DNA of 64,000 nt, from NCBI GenBank assembly GCA_027306655.1, contig DAHUZL010000135.1, positions 6,677-70,676 of the forward strand, in the 5' to 3' direction. This DNA comes from Candidatus Dormiibacterota bacterium. Its GTDB lineage: Bacteria; Chloroflexota; Dormibacteria; Aeolococcales; Bog-877. Numbering within the stretch: the first letter of the stretch is position 1; the number at the start of each line of letters is the position of its first letter. Below, piece after piece: positions 1 through 7,638 of the stretch. The notes below the pieces were generated by a model. It was given only the letters and a program-made list of their open reading frames with translations, searched no databases and had not been told where the DNA came from. Both the position numbers and the translations under genes were made by a program.

Positions 1-4
1 GCTG

Positions 5-1258
5 GTGGCGCCGTTGGTTCACACCGCGACCGGGTGGTGGGAAGCGGCGGCCACGGACTCCCGGTCCGACCGGGCGACGTTTGCCGTCTTCCGGCGAGGG
101 CGGCTCAGTCGCGCGTCCAATGGGCGGCCGTGGTGGGTGACGCCCAATCCCGTCCTTGTCCGCATCCAGCCGCCGCTGGTGGCCCCGAGCATCGGGCTCC
201 GACCCGCCGACCAGCAGGTTCCGGCGGGACACCCGGCGGGAATGACGGTGACGGGAAGCCACTGGCCGGCGGGTGCCTACGCCGAGCTCTGGACCCTCAA
301 TCCCGCCGTCAACCTCACCCCGTCCGCCCGCCTGCAGTGCGACGCCCCCGGCTGCCAGTGGATGGAGCCCGCGCCCGGCCCAGGGACATATGAGTTCTCC
401 GCCTACCTCCACGCCCGCTCCGGTGCCCGGATCGCCAGCCTGGCCCAACCGGTGCGCGTCACCTGGGGGTCACCGGTCCCGACGCCGGGGGCGTCGCCCA
501 GCCCGACGCCTGGGGCCACCCCCACGGCCACCCCCACGCCCACGCCCATGGCCACGCCCACCCCCACGCCCGTGGTGACCCCATCCCCGACGCCTGTGGC
601 CACTGCGCCGCCGCCGCCATCGTCGACGGCTGTCTACTCGAACAACTGGTCCGGCTACATGGTGGGCAGCGGCCCCTACACGGCGGCGACGGGCACGTTC
701 AACGTCCCCAACCTCTACGCCACATCGACCCAGACTCTCGCCGCCGAATGGGTCGGCATCGACGGGTGGCAGTCAGACACGGCTCTGGTCCAGACAGGGG
801 TCACCGAGATCTACGACCCGAGCACGAACCTCGTGAACTTCGAGCCCTGGTGGACCCTCTCCACCTATGGCTATCGAGCTCAGCCGATCAATATGGCTGT
901 TGCTCCCGGGAATGTTCTCACGGCCACCGTGTCCGAGGTGAGCAGCGGCCTCTGGGATCTCACCCTCACCAACGACACGACCGGCGCGACCTTCACAACA
1001 GAGCAGTCGTACAGCGCGCCGCTGGCCTCGGCTGAATGGATCGTCGAGGACCCAGGTGATACGAGCACAGGAGGCCTCTGGCCATTCGGTGACTACACCT
1101 CCAATGTGACGTTCACCAACCTGCGCATGAACGGGGTGGAGACGTCCGTGACCGACATCGTGATGCTCCAGAGCGGCACGCCGGTGTCGACGCCGTCGGC
1201 ACTGACCGCGGCCGGGTTCAGCGTCGCGCATGGGAGCAACCCACCGCCCGCTCCGTAG
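5..1258 (+). CDS. Secreted peptidase G1 (eqolisin/scytalidoglutamic peptidase-like) family protein, 5'-partial, with an internal Pro/Thr-rich linker
   Basis: ORF is open at the window edge. The C-terminal domain carries G1-family hallmarks: 'YSNNWSGY', 'WVGIDG', 'ALVQTG' (candidate catalytic Gln) and 'AEWIVEDP' (candidate catalytic Glu). A PTPTPT-type linker (nt ~481-640) precedes this domain. Confidence 0.6.
   Translation: MAPLVHTATGWWEAAATDSRSDRATFAVFRRGRLSRASNGRPWWVTPNPVLVRIQPPLVAPSIGLRPADQQVPAGHPAGMTVTGSHWPAGAYAELWTLNPAVNLTPSARLQCDAPGCQWMEPAPGPGTYEFSAYLHARSGARIASLAQPVRVTWGSPVPTPGASPSPTPGATPTATPTPTPMATPTPTPVVTPSPTPVATAPPPPSSTAVYSNNWSGYMVGSGPYTAATGTFNVPNLYATSTQTLAAEWVGIDGWQSDTALVQTGVTEIYDPSTNLVNFEPWWTLSTYGYRAQPINMAVAPGNVLTATVSEVSSGLWDLTLTNDTTGATFTTEQSYSAPLASAEWIVEDPGDTSTGGLWPFGDYTSNVTFTNLRMNGVETSVTDIVMLQSGTPVSTPSALTAAGFSVAHGSNPPPAP
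481..640 (+). repeat. In-frame Pro/Thr-rich low-complexity linker (PTPGATPTATPTPTPMATPTPTPVVTPSPTPV) inside the peptidase gene
   Basis: Direct reading of the repeated ccc/acg/ccc codons. This is a coding repeat, not a separate element. Confidence 0.7.
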
Positions 1259-1514
1259 CCGGGGTCGGCCGCCTCCGCTGGCGCGTGGGCCGGTGGATTG
1301 GGCAATGCACCCGGACCCTGCGCCAGGGGCTGGCCGACGCCATGTCGGTCGGCGTTGCGTCGCGCCGAGGGCGGGCCGCTCACCGCCGTCTTGTCGGCCC
1401 CTACGACGCAGAGGGCGCACATCACGCGATGGGAACGGCCTGACCGCCACGACGGTGCGGTCCCGGTCGCGGCGCGAGAGCCCATGGAGAGCCTTCGGGC
1501 GGCCGCAGTCCGCG

Positions 1515-1910
1515 TCACGGGATTCGGGTCATGCCGGGGACCTCGTCGAAGGCTCGGTCGAAGCTCAGGATCGTCGTGATGCCGTGGCGCTGCATGACCG
1601 CGACGTGCAGGGAGTCACGTGCCGAGAGGAATCCATGGGTGGCCAGGATGTCCTTGGCCGACATGACGTCATGCTCGTCGATCGGCAGAACGTCATCGAC
1701 GACTCCGCGGAGCACGTTGAAGGCTGGCTGGATTGCGCTGCGCCGATCGATGGCCACATAGCGATGGAGGATCTCCTGAAATGCTTCGGCGTCGGCCACC
1801 AACCTCCGGCGCTCGGTGATCAACTGCTCGAGGGTGCGTTGGGCATCGATCTTGTGGGGATGGTGGGCACCGACGAGATACATCGGCACATTCGAGTCGA
1901 CCAGGATCAC
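1515..1910 (-). CDS. vapC: Type II toxin VapC (PIN-domain ribonuclease)
   Basis: Protein shows '[19 protein letters not shown]...[30 protein letters not shown]', consistent with PIN acidic residues. A GTG start at 1910 overlaps the vapB stop as GTGA. The longer ORF to 2075 is rejected because it lies in the vapB frame-shadow. Confidence 0.8.
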   Translation of the reverse strand: MILVDSNVPMYLVGAHHPHKIDAQRTLEQLITERRRLVADAEAFQEILHRYVAIDRRSAIQPAFNVLRGVVDDVLPIDEHDVMSAKDILATHGFLSARDSLHVAVMQRHGITTILSFDRAFDEVPGMTRIP

Positions 1911-2164
1911 GGGCCCAAGCCGGTTCCGTAGCCGTCCTCGATGTCGGCGAGCATCGTCTCCACCGTGGTGGTCGGGAAATCGTGCCGTGCCGCCCTCCGT
2001 ACCGCGGAGAGCTTGGCATCGATCCGCCCGGTGGCGACCTCCCGGCCGGCGCTGCGGAGGGCCTGACGGACCCACTCCGAGAGGGTGAGCCCCCGGGACT
2101 CCGCGGACCGTATGTACTGGTCGATCTCGGCATCCGGAAGCACAACCTGGAGACGCTTACTCAC
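1907..2164 (-). CDS. vapB: Type II antitoxin VapB (ribbon-helix-helix/CopG-like)
   Basis: 85 aa, '[39 protein letters not shown]' fits an RHH fold. It lies directly upstream of vapC and is translationally coupled to it by a 4-nt overlap. Confidence 0.7.
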   Translation of the reverse strand: MSKRLQVVLPDAEIDQYIRSAESRGLTLSEWVRQALRSAGREVATGRIDAKLSAVRRAARHDFPTTTVETMLADIEDGYGTGLGP

Positions 2165-2529
2165 GGCAGTAGTGTATCATACTCATACTTGGCTGCAAGC
2201 GGGGTCTCTCTCCCGGGAGGATCCCGACGACGCTGCAAGGGCGGCCTGGAGAGGGTCGCCTGCGGTCTCGCCGTGGAGCCTGCACCCGACCGGGCTGGTC
2301 CGTGGGCTCCCCGTGCCATCCTGCCCCGTGTCGCTCGCCCCGGCGCCAGCCGGGACGGGCGGGAGATCCCGGCGCCGGGCTGCTCGGCGACGTGCCGGTC
2401 GGCTCCATCGACCGCTCCGGATGGGACCGGGACCCCCGCGTCGGTGCCGTCGCGGACCATGCCGACATCGGCGGGACGTGTCGGACGCGGCCAGCTTGGT
2501 GTGCCCGGACCGGGTTGCCGGGTGTGTCC

Positions 2530-3759
2530 TCAGCCCCGGTCGGTGATGCGGAGGGGGAGCCTGCGACCCGCCCCGAGCAGCAGGATGGCGCCGACCGCGG
2601 CCACGACCGATGCGTAGAGGTACGCGGGCAACGGTCCTTGGGTGTAGAGGACGCCCATCACCAGGTTGCCCACCAACAGCCCGGCGCTGCGCGCGCCCGT
2701 GAGCATCCCCTGGGTCCGCCCCTGGGCGGAGGACGGGGCCAGGCTGGCCACCATCGTCGGCTCGACTGTCTCGATGACCCCCACCGCCGCGCCCAGCACC
2801 GCGACCGCGGCACCGAGGGAGATGATCGGCCCGCCGGTCGCGCTGAGCACGCCGAGTGCGAGCGTGGCGGCCGCGCTCAAACCGTAGCCGAGCAGCCCCA
2901 GCACCGGCACGGCGCGCCAGCGACTGTGCCCGATCGCGAACCCGACCAGCGCCGCTGCGCCCAGGAAGATGGCGTAGGCGATCACCCCGGCGCGGAGGGC
3001 ATGGGCGCCCTCGGCCACGGTGAGGACCGGGAAGCCGACGTTGTAGAAGCTGAAGCCGAAGAGCCCGGTCGCGATCAGGATGGCTCGCAGGGTGGTGCGC
3101 TCGACCGACCGCGCTGCGGCGGACGGGACCGGGACGACGACCGGCGGCGGGGCCGGCCGGCCGGCTCCGCGCTGCGGTCCCGGTCGGGGGCGCGCCAAAG
3201 ACAGGATGACCGTCGACAGCGCGAGCGGGGCCAGCGCCAGCAGGAAGACCCCGCGCAGGCTCCAGCCGAGGGTGAGGAGCCCGGCCAGGCCGAGCGTGGA
3301 CAGGAGCCCGCCCCCGAGGTCGAGGGCATTGAGGAGCCCGAAAGCGCGGCCGCGGTCCTGGGGCGCGACCGCCTCCGCCAGCATCGCCCGTCGGGACGGG
3401 TTGCGGAAGTTGCGCGCCCACCACCCCACCGCGAACAGGACGACGACCTGCCAGGGCGCGACCGCGAGCCCGATCAGCCCAAGGAGCGGGATCCCCGCAT
3501 TGCCGGCGAGCGCCACCCGGCGGTGCCCGTAGCGGTCACCGAGACGGCCGCCCACCACGGCGAGGAGCGAGCCGCCGCCATATCCGATCGCGGTCGCCAG
3601 CGCGAAGACCGGCGTCCCGGCGTGGAGCTCGACCACGAGGAGGAGCGGGAGGCCGGCGATGATCGACTGGTAGCCGAGGTCGGCCGCGGAGGCGGACAGG
3701 GTGATCGCGAGGACATCCCGGGTCACCCATCCAAAGCCGGGACGAATCCGGGGGTTCAT
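2530..3759 (-). CDS. MFS transporter
   Basis: 409 aa with 12 predicted hydrophobic segments. The Gly/Ala/Leu-rich helices and a 'GRLGDRYGHRRV' loop are typical of MFS. Confidence 0.8.
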   Translation of the reverse strand: MNPRIRPGFGWVTRDVLAITLSASAADLGYQSIIAGLPLLLVVELHAGTPVFALATAIGYGGGSLLAVVGGRLGDRYGHRRVALAGNAGIPLLGLIGLAVAPWQVVVLFAVGWWARNFRNPSRRAMLAEAVAPQDRGRAFGLLNALDLGGGLLSTLGLAGLLTLGWSLRGVFLLALAPLALSTVILSLARPRPGPQRGAGRPAPPPVVVPVPSAAARSVERTTLRAILIATGLFGFSFYNVGFPVLTVAEGAHALRAGVIAYAIFLGAAALVGFAIGHSRWRAVPVLGLLGYGLSAAATLALGVLSATGGPIISLGAAVAVLGAAVGVIETVEPTMVASLAPSSAQGRTQGMLTGARSAGLLVGNLVMGVLYTQGPLPAYLYASVVAAVGAILLLGAGRRLPLRITDRG

Positions 3760-3814
3760 CGGCCCGGGTCGGCGTTGGTCCGCGGTCTCACCCGTCCCGA
3801 GCGTCGTGCGACCA

Positions 3815-5440
3815 TCAGCCTGCTCCGAGCTGGAGGGACACCGCGTCCAGCTCGGCCTCCGCCTCCGCCAGCCGATCCCGGCGGGCGCTCCGGGCCGGGG
3901 AGCCCGCCAGGGCGGACGCCCGTGCCCGCTCGACCGCCTCCGTCAGCGCGGGGACGATGCCAGCAGTGACGTCGTCGGCCTGGCGGCACCAGGTGGTGGC
4001 GGCCTCGTCGAGCGCACCCTGGGCGGCGTGGCGGAGCCGGCCCGCCAGCTGGTCCGCGCTCTCAGCCGCCTCGGCGTGCTGTGCACGGTCGCGCCAGCGC
4101 CGACCGATCGCCCCCGGGGCGCGGGCGCGCATCCCGCGCATCCCCACCGCCAGGGCGCCGGCGACGTCGGTGCGATCGATCGAGGCCCGGGTGACGGTGA
4201 GGACCGCCGGGGGCGCGGGCGGCCAGGCCAGCTCAACCGCCAACAGCTCTGAGGCGTCGGACAGGAAGCGGTCCCGAGCCGACCGAACCTGCTCGGCGAA
4301 TCGCGCCGCCCGGGGCGCCAGGTTGCGCTCCACCTCGCCTCGCACCTGCTCGCACCAGGCATCGGCGGATTCGGTCTGCAGGGCGGGCCAGCGCGACCGG
4401 TCCCTGGTCTCAGACAGCCGGATCGCCAGGGTCGAGCGGAGGCGGTCGGCCGCCGGCTCGACGATCGTCGTCCCGGCGGCCCGACACGCCTGCCGGAAGA
4501 CCGCCTTCGCCTCGTCGCTCGAGGTGCGCAGGACAGCCACAGCCAGGCCCAGCTGCTGACGATTGCTCTCGATCCTTGCATCGGGCAGTGAGAGGGATGC
4601 CTGCTCCAGGCGCAGCACCGAGACTGCCGCCGCGCGCTCCGCCCGACCCGCTGTGACCGCCCGCGTGTCGAGGATCTCGTTCCGGGCGGCGGCGACCTCG
4701 TCGACCAGCCATCGGCGCATCGCGGCGATCCCGTCGTCGCCACCGGGCTCCAGCGCTCTCCGCGCGGACACCGCGAAGAGGGGGACGGCGCCCCCGACGA
4801 CGTCGTCCAGCTGCCGGCGGACGAAGGCGATGGTCTCGCGTACGTCCGGCGGCGAGAGGCGATCCACCTTGTTGAGGCACACCCCGAGGCGGGCGTCCGC
4901 GTCCGAGACCAGGCGCATCTGGACCACCTCCGCGGCCGAGAGGGGCGCATCGGCGCTCAGGACCATGAGGGCGGCGTCGATCCGGGAGACGTACGCCGGC
5001 CATCCGAGCCGAGCCTCGACGATGCCGGCGCCATTGCCAAGGTTGTCCTGCTCGGTCACCGCCGCGCGCAGCCGCTCCAGCGGCCATGGCGCTCCCTCCC
5101 GATCGTCCTGGGTGGCCACCACCAGGCTGGGCCGCTCGGCCCATCGAACCAGGGTGGGGACGCCGGTGACGGGCACCGCCCCGGTGGGCAGGACGGCTTC
5201 GCCCAGGAGGGCGTTCATGATCGAGCTCTTGCCTCGCTTGAAGTCACCGACCACTGCCGCGACCACGGCCAGGTCCGCCAGCCTGTGTCGAGCCTCGCGG
5301 ATCCGCTCTCGCTGAGGCGGAGGGACCAGCGCACAGCGCTCGAGCCGGGCGAGCGCGTCCTCAAGCTTGGAGCGATCCCGATCCGCGCGGGCGGCCGGAC
5401 CGGTGGAGGGTCGCGCGGTCGGGCGGGTCACGGCGCGGAC
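3815..5440 (-). CDS. Dynamin-family (BDLP/IniA-like) GTPase. Start uncertain: the ORF is open to 5905 but overlaps the upstream gene.
   Basis: G1 'VVGDFKRGKSSIMNALLGEAVLPTG' and G4 'CLNKVDRL' are present. The G3 position reads 'IVEARLG' rather than 'VDTPG'. The protein is on the same strand as, and immediately downstream of, the Cys-repeat proteins and the Ehr operon. Confidence 0.5.
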   Translation of the reverse strand, partial: VRAVTRPTARPSTGPAARADRDRSKLEDALARLERCALVPPPQRERIREARHRLADLAVVAAVVGDFKRGKSSIMNALLGEAVLPTGAVPVTGVPTLVRWAERPSLVVATQDDREGAPWPLERLRAAVTEQDNLGNGAGIVEARLGWPAYVSRIDAALMVLSADAPLSAAEVVQMRLVSDADARLGVCLNKVDRLSPPDVRETIAFVRRQLDDVVGGAVPLFAVSARRALEPGGDDGIAAMRRWLVDEVAAARNEILDTRAVTAGRAERAAAVSVLRLEQASLSLPDARIESNRQQLGLAVAVLRTSSDEAKAVFRQACRAAGTTIVEPAADRLRSTLAIRLSETRDRSRWPALQTESADAWCEQVRGEVERNLAPRAARFAEQVRSARDRFLSDASELLAVELAWPPAPPAVLTVTRASIDRTDVAGALAVGMRGMRARAPGAIGRRWRDRAQHAEAAESADQLAGRLRHAAQGALDEAATTWCRQADDVTAGIVPALTEAVERARASALAGSPARSARRDRLAEAEAELDAVSLQLGAG

Positions 5441-6909
5441 GCCGCCGAACCGGGCTGACCGCTGGCCCCGGTGGGCGCCGAACCCGGGGGCCAGCTCCCG
5501 GCGCTGTCGAGCGCGCGCGGGTGCCATGCGCTCGCCTGCGTCTCCAGTCCGGACTCGAACCCCGAGCAGTACGCCGCCGCCCGGGCGGCGGCCCCGCCTT
5601 CGGCGCCCGCCGCCTCGTGCCGCGTGTCCCAGCTCTGCTTGCGGAGGACCTCGTCCAGCTCCCAGGTCAGCATCGCCAGCTGTGCGCGAGCGGCGACGAG
5701 AGCGGTGCGCGCCGCGCTCGTCTCCGAGGCGGCGGCGAGAACGTGGGGGAGGTCCCGCCAGCAGGACCCGGTGCCGGCCTGCTGATCGGCGACGCCGGCG
5801 GGGTCCAGCAGTCGGGCCGCGACCCACGCACTGCGGCGGACGGTTGCCACCTGTCGCTCCCGGCATCCGCGGCAGGGTCCGCGGTTGTCCAGCTGGCGGC
5901 GGCATCGGCTGACGAGCGCGGCGGGAGTCCGCGGTGCCGCTGACGGCCCGTCCTCATCGGCGAGCGCCTGGGCCAAGATCCGGGTGAGCTGTTCCGCCAG
6001 CATCGGAGCGCGGGAGGGGGCGGCGCGGGCGCACGCCCAGAGGTGTCGGCGGCAACCCCAGCGTGCCGCGGGGTCACTGGGGCTGGCCTCGCCGAGCTCG
6101 TCGGCGGCCCACGCGATCCATCGCCCCTCGGCGCGACGTCGATGGGCACAGACCGGACAGCCCTCCGGTCGCGGATCAGAACCGCCGGCGGACAGTCCCG
6201 CCGGGCCCGGCCGCCGTCGCGTTGCGTCGGAATCGCGGCCGGCGAGGACCGCGAGCCGGGCCCAGGTGAACGGCTCAGGCGGGGTGGGGTCAGGCCCGGG
6301 GGCGAGCTGGCGGCGGGCCAGGACGATCGCCGCGAGCGACTCCGCCGGAGAGAGCCGGCCCACCAGGCTCGTCGCGTGGACGACACAGAGCGCCTGGGCG
6401 CCTGCGGCGGCGGCGGCGATCTCGGGGTCGGCCAGGCCGGGACGCAGGAGCTCGATGCGGCGGTCGACCGACTCGGCGATACTGGTGCACGCCGGACAGG
6501 GGCGCTGGGGGCCGACGCGACGGGCGAGGAGCGCCGGCTCGGTGCGATCGAGCACGGTGAGGGCGCCTGCCACCGCCGCCGCCGCTGCCCGCACCACGGC
6601 GCCATGGACGACGGCGGCCATGCCGAGCTCGGCTCGGCCCGCCAGGTCGACCGCGTGCTGGGAGCAGAAGCCGCCGGCGTTGGCGATCTGCGCCAGGACG
6701 TCCGGATCGGAGTAGGACTCGGAGCAGAACCAGAACCAGTACCGCTCGGCGGTCCGTTGCTCCTCCCGGCAGAGCAGGCACCCGGGATCGGCGAGCTCCG
6801 CCGCCCAGGCGGCCCGCAGCTGGGCGCGGGTCGCCGAGGGCCGCCCCCGCCCGCGGAGGAGCCCGATCACCGCAGCAGGTCGACGGCCCCGGCCCATCCC
6901 CCGGTCCAG
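5428..6909 (-). CDS. Cys/Trp-rich repeat protein B. Four copies of a putative metal-binding module (CxxC ... C-x2-H-x-W). Function unknown.
   Basis: Repeats: 'CLLCREEQRTAERYWFWF...GFCSQHAV', 'CPACTS...ALCVVHAT', 'CPVCAHRRRAEGRWIAWA...RWGCRRHLWAC', 'CRGCRERQ...SCWRDLPH'. The opposite-strand ORFs are R/G/D-rich shadow frames. The start is approximate (M at 6909 or an internal GTG). Confidence 0.45.
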   Translation of the reverse strand: MDRGMGRGRRPAAVIGLLRGRGRPSATRAQLRAAWAAELADPGCLLCREEQRTAERYWFWFCSESYSDPDVLAQIANAGGFCSQHAVDLAGRAELGMAAVVHGAVVRAAAAAVAGALTVLDRTEPALLARRVGPQRPCPACTSIAESVDRRIELLRPGLADPEIAAAAAGAQALCVVHATSLVGRLSPAESLAAIVLARRQLAPGPDPTPPEPFTWARLAVLAGRDSDATRRRPGPAGLSAGGSDPRPEGCPVCAHRRRAEGRWIAWAADELGEASPSDPAARWGCRRHLWACARAAPSRAPMLAEQLTRILAQALADEDGPSAAPRTPAALVSRCRRQLDNRGPCRGCRERQVATVRRSAWVAARLLDPAGVADQQAGTGSCWRDLPHVLAAASETSAARTALVAARAQLAMLTWELDEVLRKQSWDTRHEAAGAEGGAAARAAAYCSGFESGLETQASAWHPRALDSAGSWPPGSAPTGASGQPGSAASAP

Positions 6910-7637
6910 GCGAGTCCCTCCACCCAGGCCGCCCGCTCCTCCGGGCCCACCGTCGGCCCCCGCCAGGTCATCGAGCGGCCGAACCGGGCGATCCGGCCGG
7001 CGAGGTCCTCCAGCGCCGACAGGCTGCGGAGGTGGTGGGGGTGGTCGGTGGGGCCGTCCAGCAGGTGGGGTCGGCAGAGCGGTCCGCCGCCGTCGAGGCA
7101 GAGGGGGCAGGCGCGCCGCTGCCACACCGGCTCCGTCGCCGCCACCAGCGCCATCGTGCGCCGGAGCCCCTCCATCGGTCGCATCGCCCGCAGCCAGCCG
7201 GCTCCGGGATGCGCGAGCGGGTTGTCGCCGGCCCGCTGCACCATCTCGATGAAGTCGCAGGTGAGACAGGGCCCGCGCTCCAGGAGCAGCCGGCGTCCGA
7301 CCGGCCAGGGCAGGCGGCAGGCGCGGCGCATCGCCCGGGCGGCCCGTGCGATGAGGTCCTCGTGGAGGACGGTGGTGGCGAAGGGGCGGCCACCCCTGCA
7401 CTCGATCTCCATCGCGGCGAACGCCCACCCGTGACGGCGGCACAACCCCCAGCTCCGCCACAGTTGATGGCGAACGTCGGCCACCATGATCGCGCCCCCG
7501 TCGAGCATCGACCAGACCTGGCGGAGCTCATCCACCTGGAGCGGCCTCTCGCGGAGGAGGGCTCGCGGGACGTGCGGCGCAGCCGCCATCTCGATTGCAT
7601 CCCCGTCCGCGCGGGCGGACCGACTCGGAGCCGGCAT
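6867..7637 (-). CDS. Cys/Trp-rich repeat protein A, a paralog of protein B with 2-3 modules
   Basis: 'WRSWGLCRRHGWAF', 'CLTCDFIEMV', 'CPLCLDGGGPLCRPHLL'. It is collinear with B modules ('WGxCRRHxWA ... RxCR ... GPCxxC'). The start codon is 1 nt past the stop of the NuoL-like gene. Confidence 0.45.
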   Translation of the reverse strand: MPAPSRSARADGDAIEMAAAPHVPRALLRERPLQVDELRQVWSMLDGGAIMVADVRHQLWRSWGLCRRHGWAFAAMEIECRGGRPFATTVLHEDLIARAARAMRRACRLPWPVGRRLLLERGPCLTCDFIEMVQRAGDNPLAHPGAGWLRAMRPMEGLRRTMALVAATEPVWQRRACPLCLDGGGPLCRPHLLDGPTDHPHHLRSLSALEDLAGRIARFGRSMTWRGPTVGPEERAAWVEGLAWTGGWAGAVDLLR

Positions 7638-7638
7638 C

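Noticed and set aside
2183-3969. Several 400-555 aa ORFs on both strands overlapping the MFS gene
   Set aside because: Only the 2530-3759 minus frame shows 12-TM hydropathy. The others are R/P/G-rich shadows.
5885-7434. + strand ORFs (276 and 463 aa) opposite the Cys-repeat genes
   Set aside because: R/G/A/D-rich with no motif periodicity. The minus-strand frame contains repeated, paralog-conserved CxxC/CRRH modules, which random frames would not produce.
3815-7637. GTPase plus Cys-rich proteins as HypB/HypA maturation factors
   Set aside because: The GTPase has dynamin-type G1/G4 spacing and about 570 aa, not the ~250-aa SIMIBI HypB with CH/His-rich N-terminus. The Cys proteins are 250-490 aa repeat proteins, not the ~115-aa HypA with two CxxC pairs.
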